Shown one piece after another: positions 62,791 through 64,000 of a stretch of 64,000 bases of DNA. The number at the start of each line of letters is the position of its first letter. Positions within the stretch are counted from its first letter, which is position 1. The notes below the pieces were generated by a model that ran no database searches, was not told where the DNA came from, and saw only the letters and a program-made list of their open reading frames with translations. Source of the stretch: Squalus acanthias. Its lineage: Eukaryota. A program made the translations under genes and the position numbers. Location: positions 7,874,001 through 7,938,000 of the forward strand of contig CM059453.1 of assembly GCA_030390025.1 (NCBI GenBank). Direction: 5' to 3'.

Positions 62791-63706
62791 GTAAAATGAG
62801 TTCTCCTGGAGGCAATTTCCATCGAGTGGGAAAATACCCAAGTAACTAGTAATAGATCCAGGATTGTACCCATACTGATCGGTTTGGCAGGACCTGTTGT
62901 TTAAATCACTTTCAGCTGTGTATTTTCTCGACAAAAACTACAGGTCCAATTCACACGTACCAGACAACAGACCGAAATTTGCAAAAATAAACACTGCAAC
63001 AGATAAGGGGGGGGGGGGATCTGTGTTAAGTTGTGCAAAATTAGAGAGCTTGAGTGTGAAATTCCAAAATTAAATCAATTGGAAACCAAGCTGTTTACCA
63101 CAGCGTCAAACGGTTTACTGTCAAACAGCTCCTATCTGTGACGTCACAGATGCATGTTGGAGAGCTCATTAACGAAGGTGACGAAACCACACGTCTACAG
63201 ACTGCAGCAAGCTAACAAACTGTAGTGACACCTCTCCAACATTCAGCTCGTATTAGCTGCCAGAAAGCGGAATATGTGTGAAATGTGAGTCAGAGGCGTC
63301 TGCAAGCGTGGGCGGTGCCATTCTGAAGCAAACTCCAATTATTAATATCATAAACAACAGTACATTTGTGTGTTTGTTTGTGAGAGAGAGATGTTATTTC
63401 TGTATTAAGCATTCTGTAGAAACTGAAAAAATACCATAACATCATATTCACTAACAGTCGGTCACACGCAGCCCATGTACATTTATTTAGTATTATACTG
63501 TACGAAAGACTGATATTTAAAGATATTTAGTAGACGAGAGTCATATATGTATAACTTCAAGTGTAGCCATTGACCAAATAATATTACCCATAATTACTCC
63601 TGATTAACAAAGAAAACTAAGACTTGTTCAAAATGCAGCTGCGAGGACAGTCAATAGCAGTTTTGACTAAGCTTTGATAACAAACAGTCACAGGCTGCTA
63701 GTGAAG

Positions 63707-64000
63707 GTTAAATCATTAAATAACATATTATGATGCTAAGTAGAAATTAGAATTCGCTTAACAAAACAAATTGCAACGATATTTAAAAAATAATTAGTAT
63801 AAGGACATAAAATGAGAGAGATCATGGAGATAAGGTATTTATCTGGTAGATTAAAGTGAGATATTCTGGATACCGCATGACTAGTGAAACAGCGCTGGTA
63901 TGGGCCCTTGGTATAAAGCCCTTGTACTGCTTGAAGATAGAAATGAAAGAGATGAAGTAAATTCCAATGGGGTGAAAACTATAAACAAGATAACACTGAA
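63707..64000 (+). mobile_element. LTR copy without the MITE, cut by the window end
   Basis: Matches 15218-15240 + 16008-16270 and 18636-18930. Confidence 0.8.

Larger units (their letters stand above)
49302..64000 (+). repeat. Segmental duplication unit, copy 2
   Basis: Matches 1-~16270. Confidence 0.95.

Overview
Repeat-rich vertebrate genomic DNA. The CR1/L2 LINE, tRNA-SINE and Penelope-type repeats suggest a cartilaginous fish (inference). The ORF track is mostly LINE debris. Hidden in it as short spliced + strand exons is a tandem cluster of Siglec/MAG/CD22-like Ig-superfamily receptor genes. Gene A is present only as its 3' end (TM plus three cytoplasmic exons with ITIM/ITSM-like motifs, 649-7601). 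Gene B (23363-33276) runs leader-V-C2-C2-C2-TM, with an Arg in the TM, no ITIM tail found, a nonsense codon in the V exon and loss of the essential Arg. Gene C (39667-59398) has a leader, a V domain with intact YYFR, domain 2 removed by an inversion, C2-C2-TM and an ITIM tail cut by a premature stop. The region 1-~16.3 kb is duplicated at 49.3-64 kb, so the repeating module appears to be [activating-type gene + inhibitory-type gene], i.e. a paired-receptor locus under birth-and-death evolution. Other notable elements: an orphan leader exon with promoter; a short LTR element with a tRNA-Arg PBS; a Harbinger-like MITE family with provable empty sites; Penelope-type fragments carrying hammerhead-ribozyme cores (one as a 92-bp-arm palindrome); and a 50-bp minisatellite. 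All exon calls and difference counts were made by eye.
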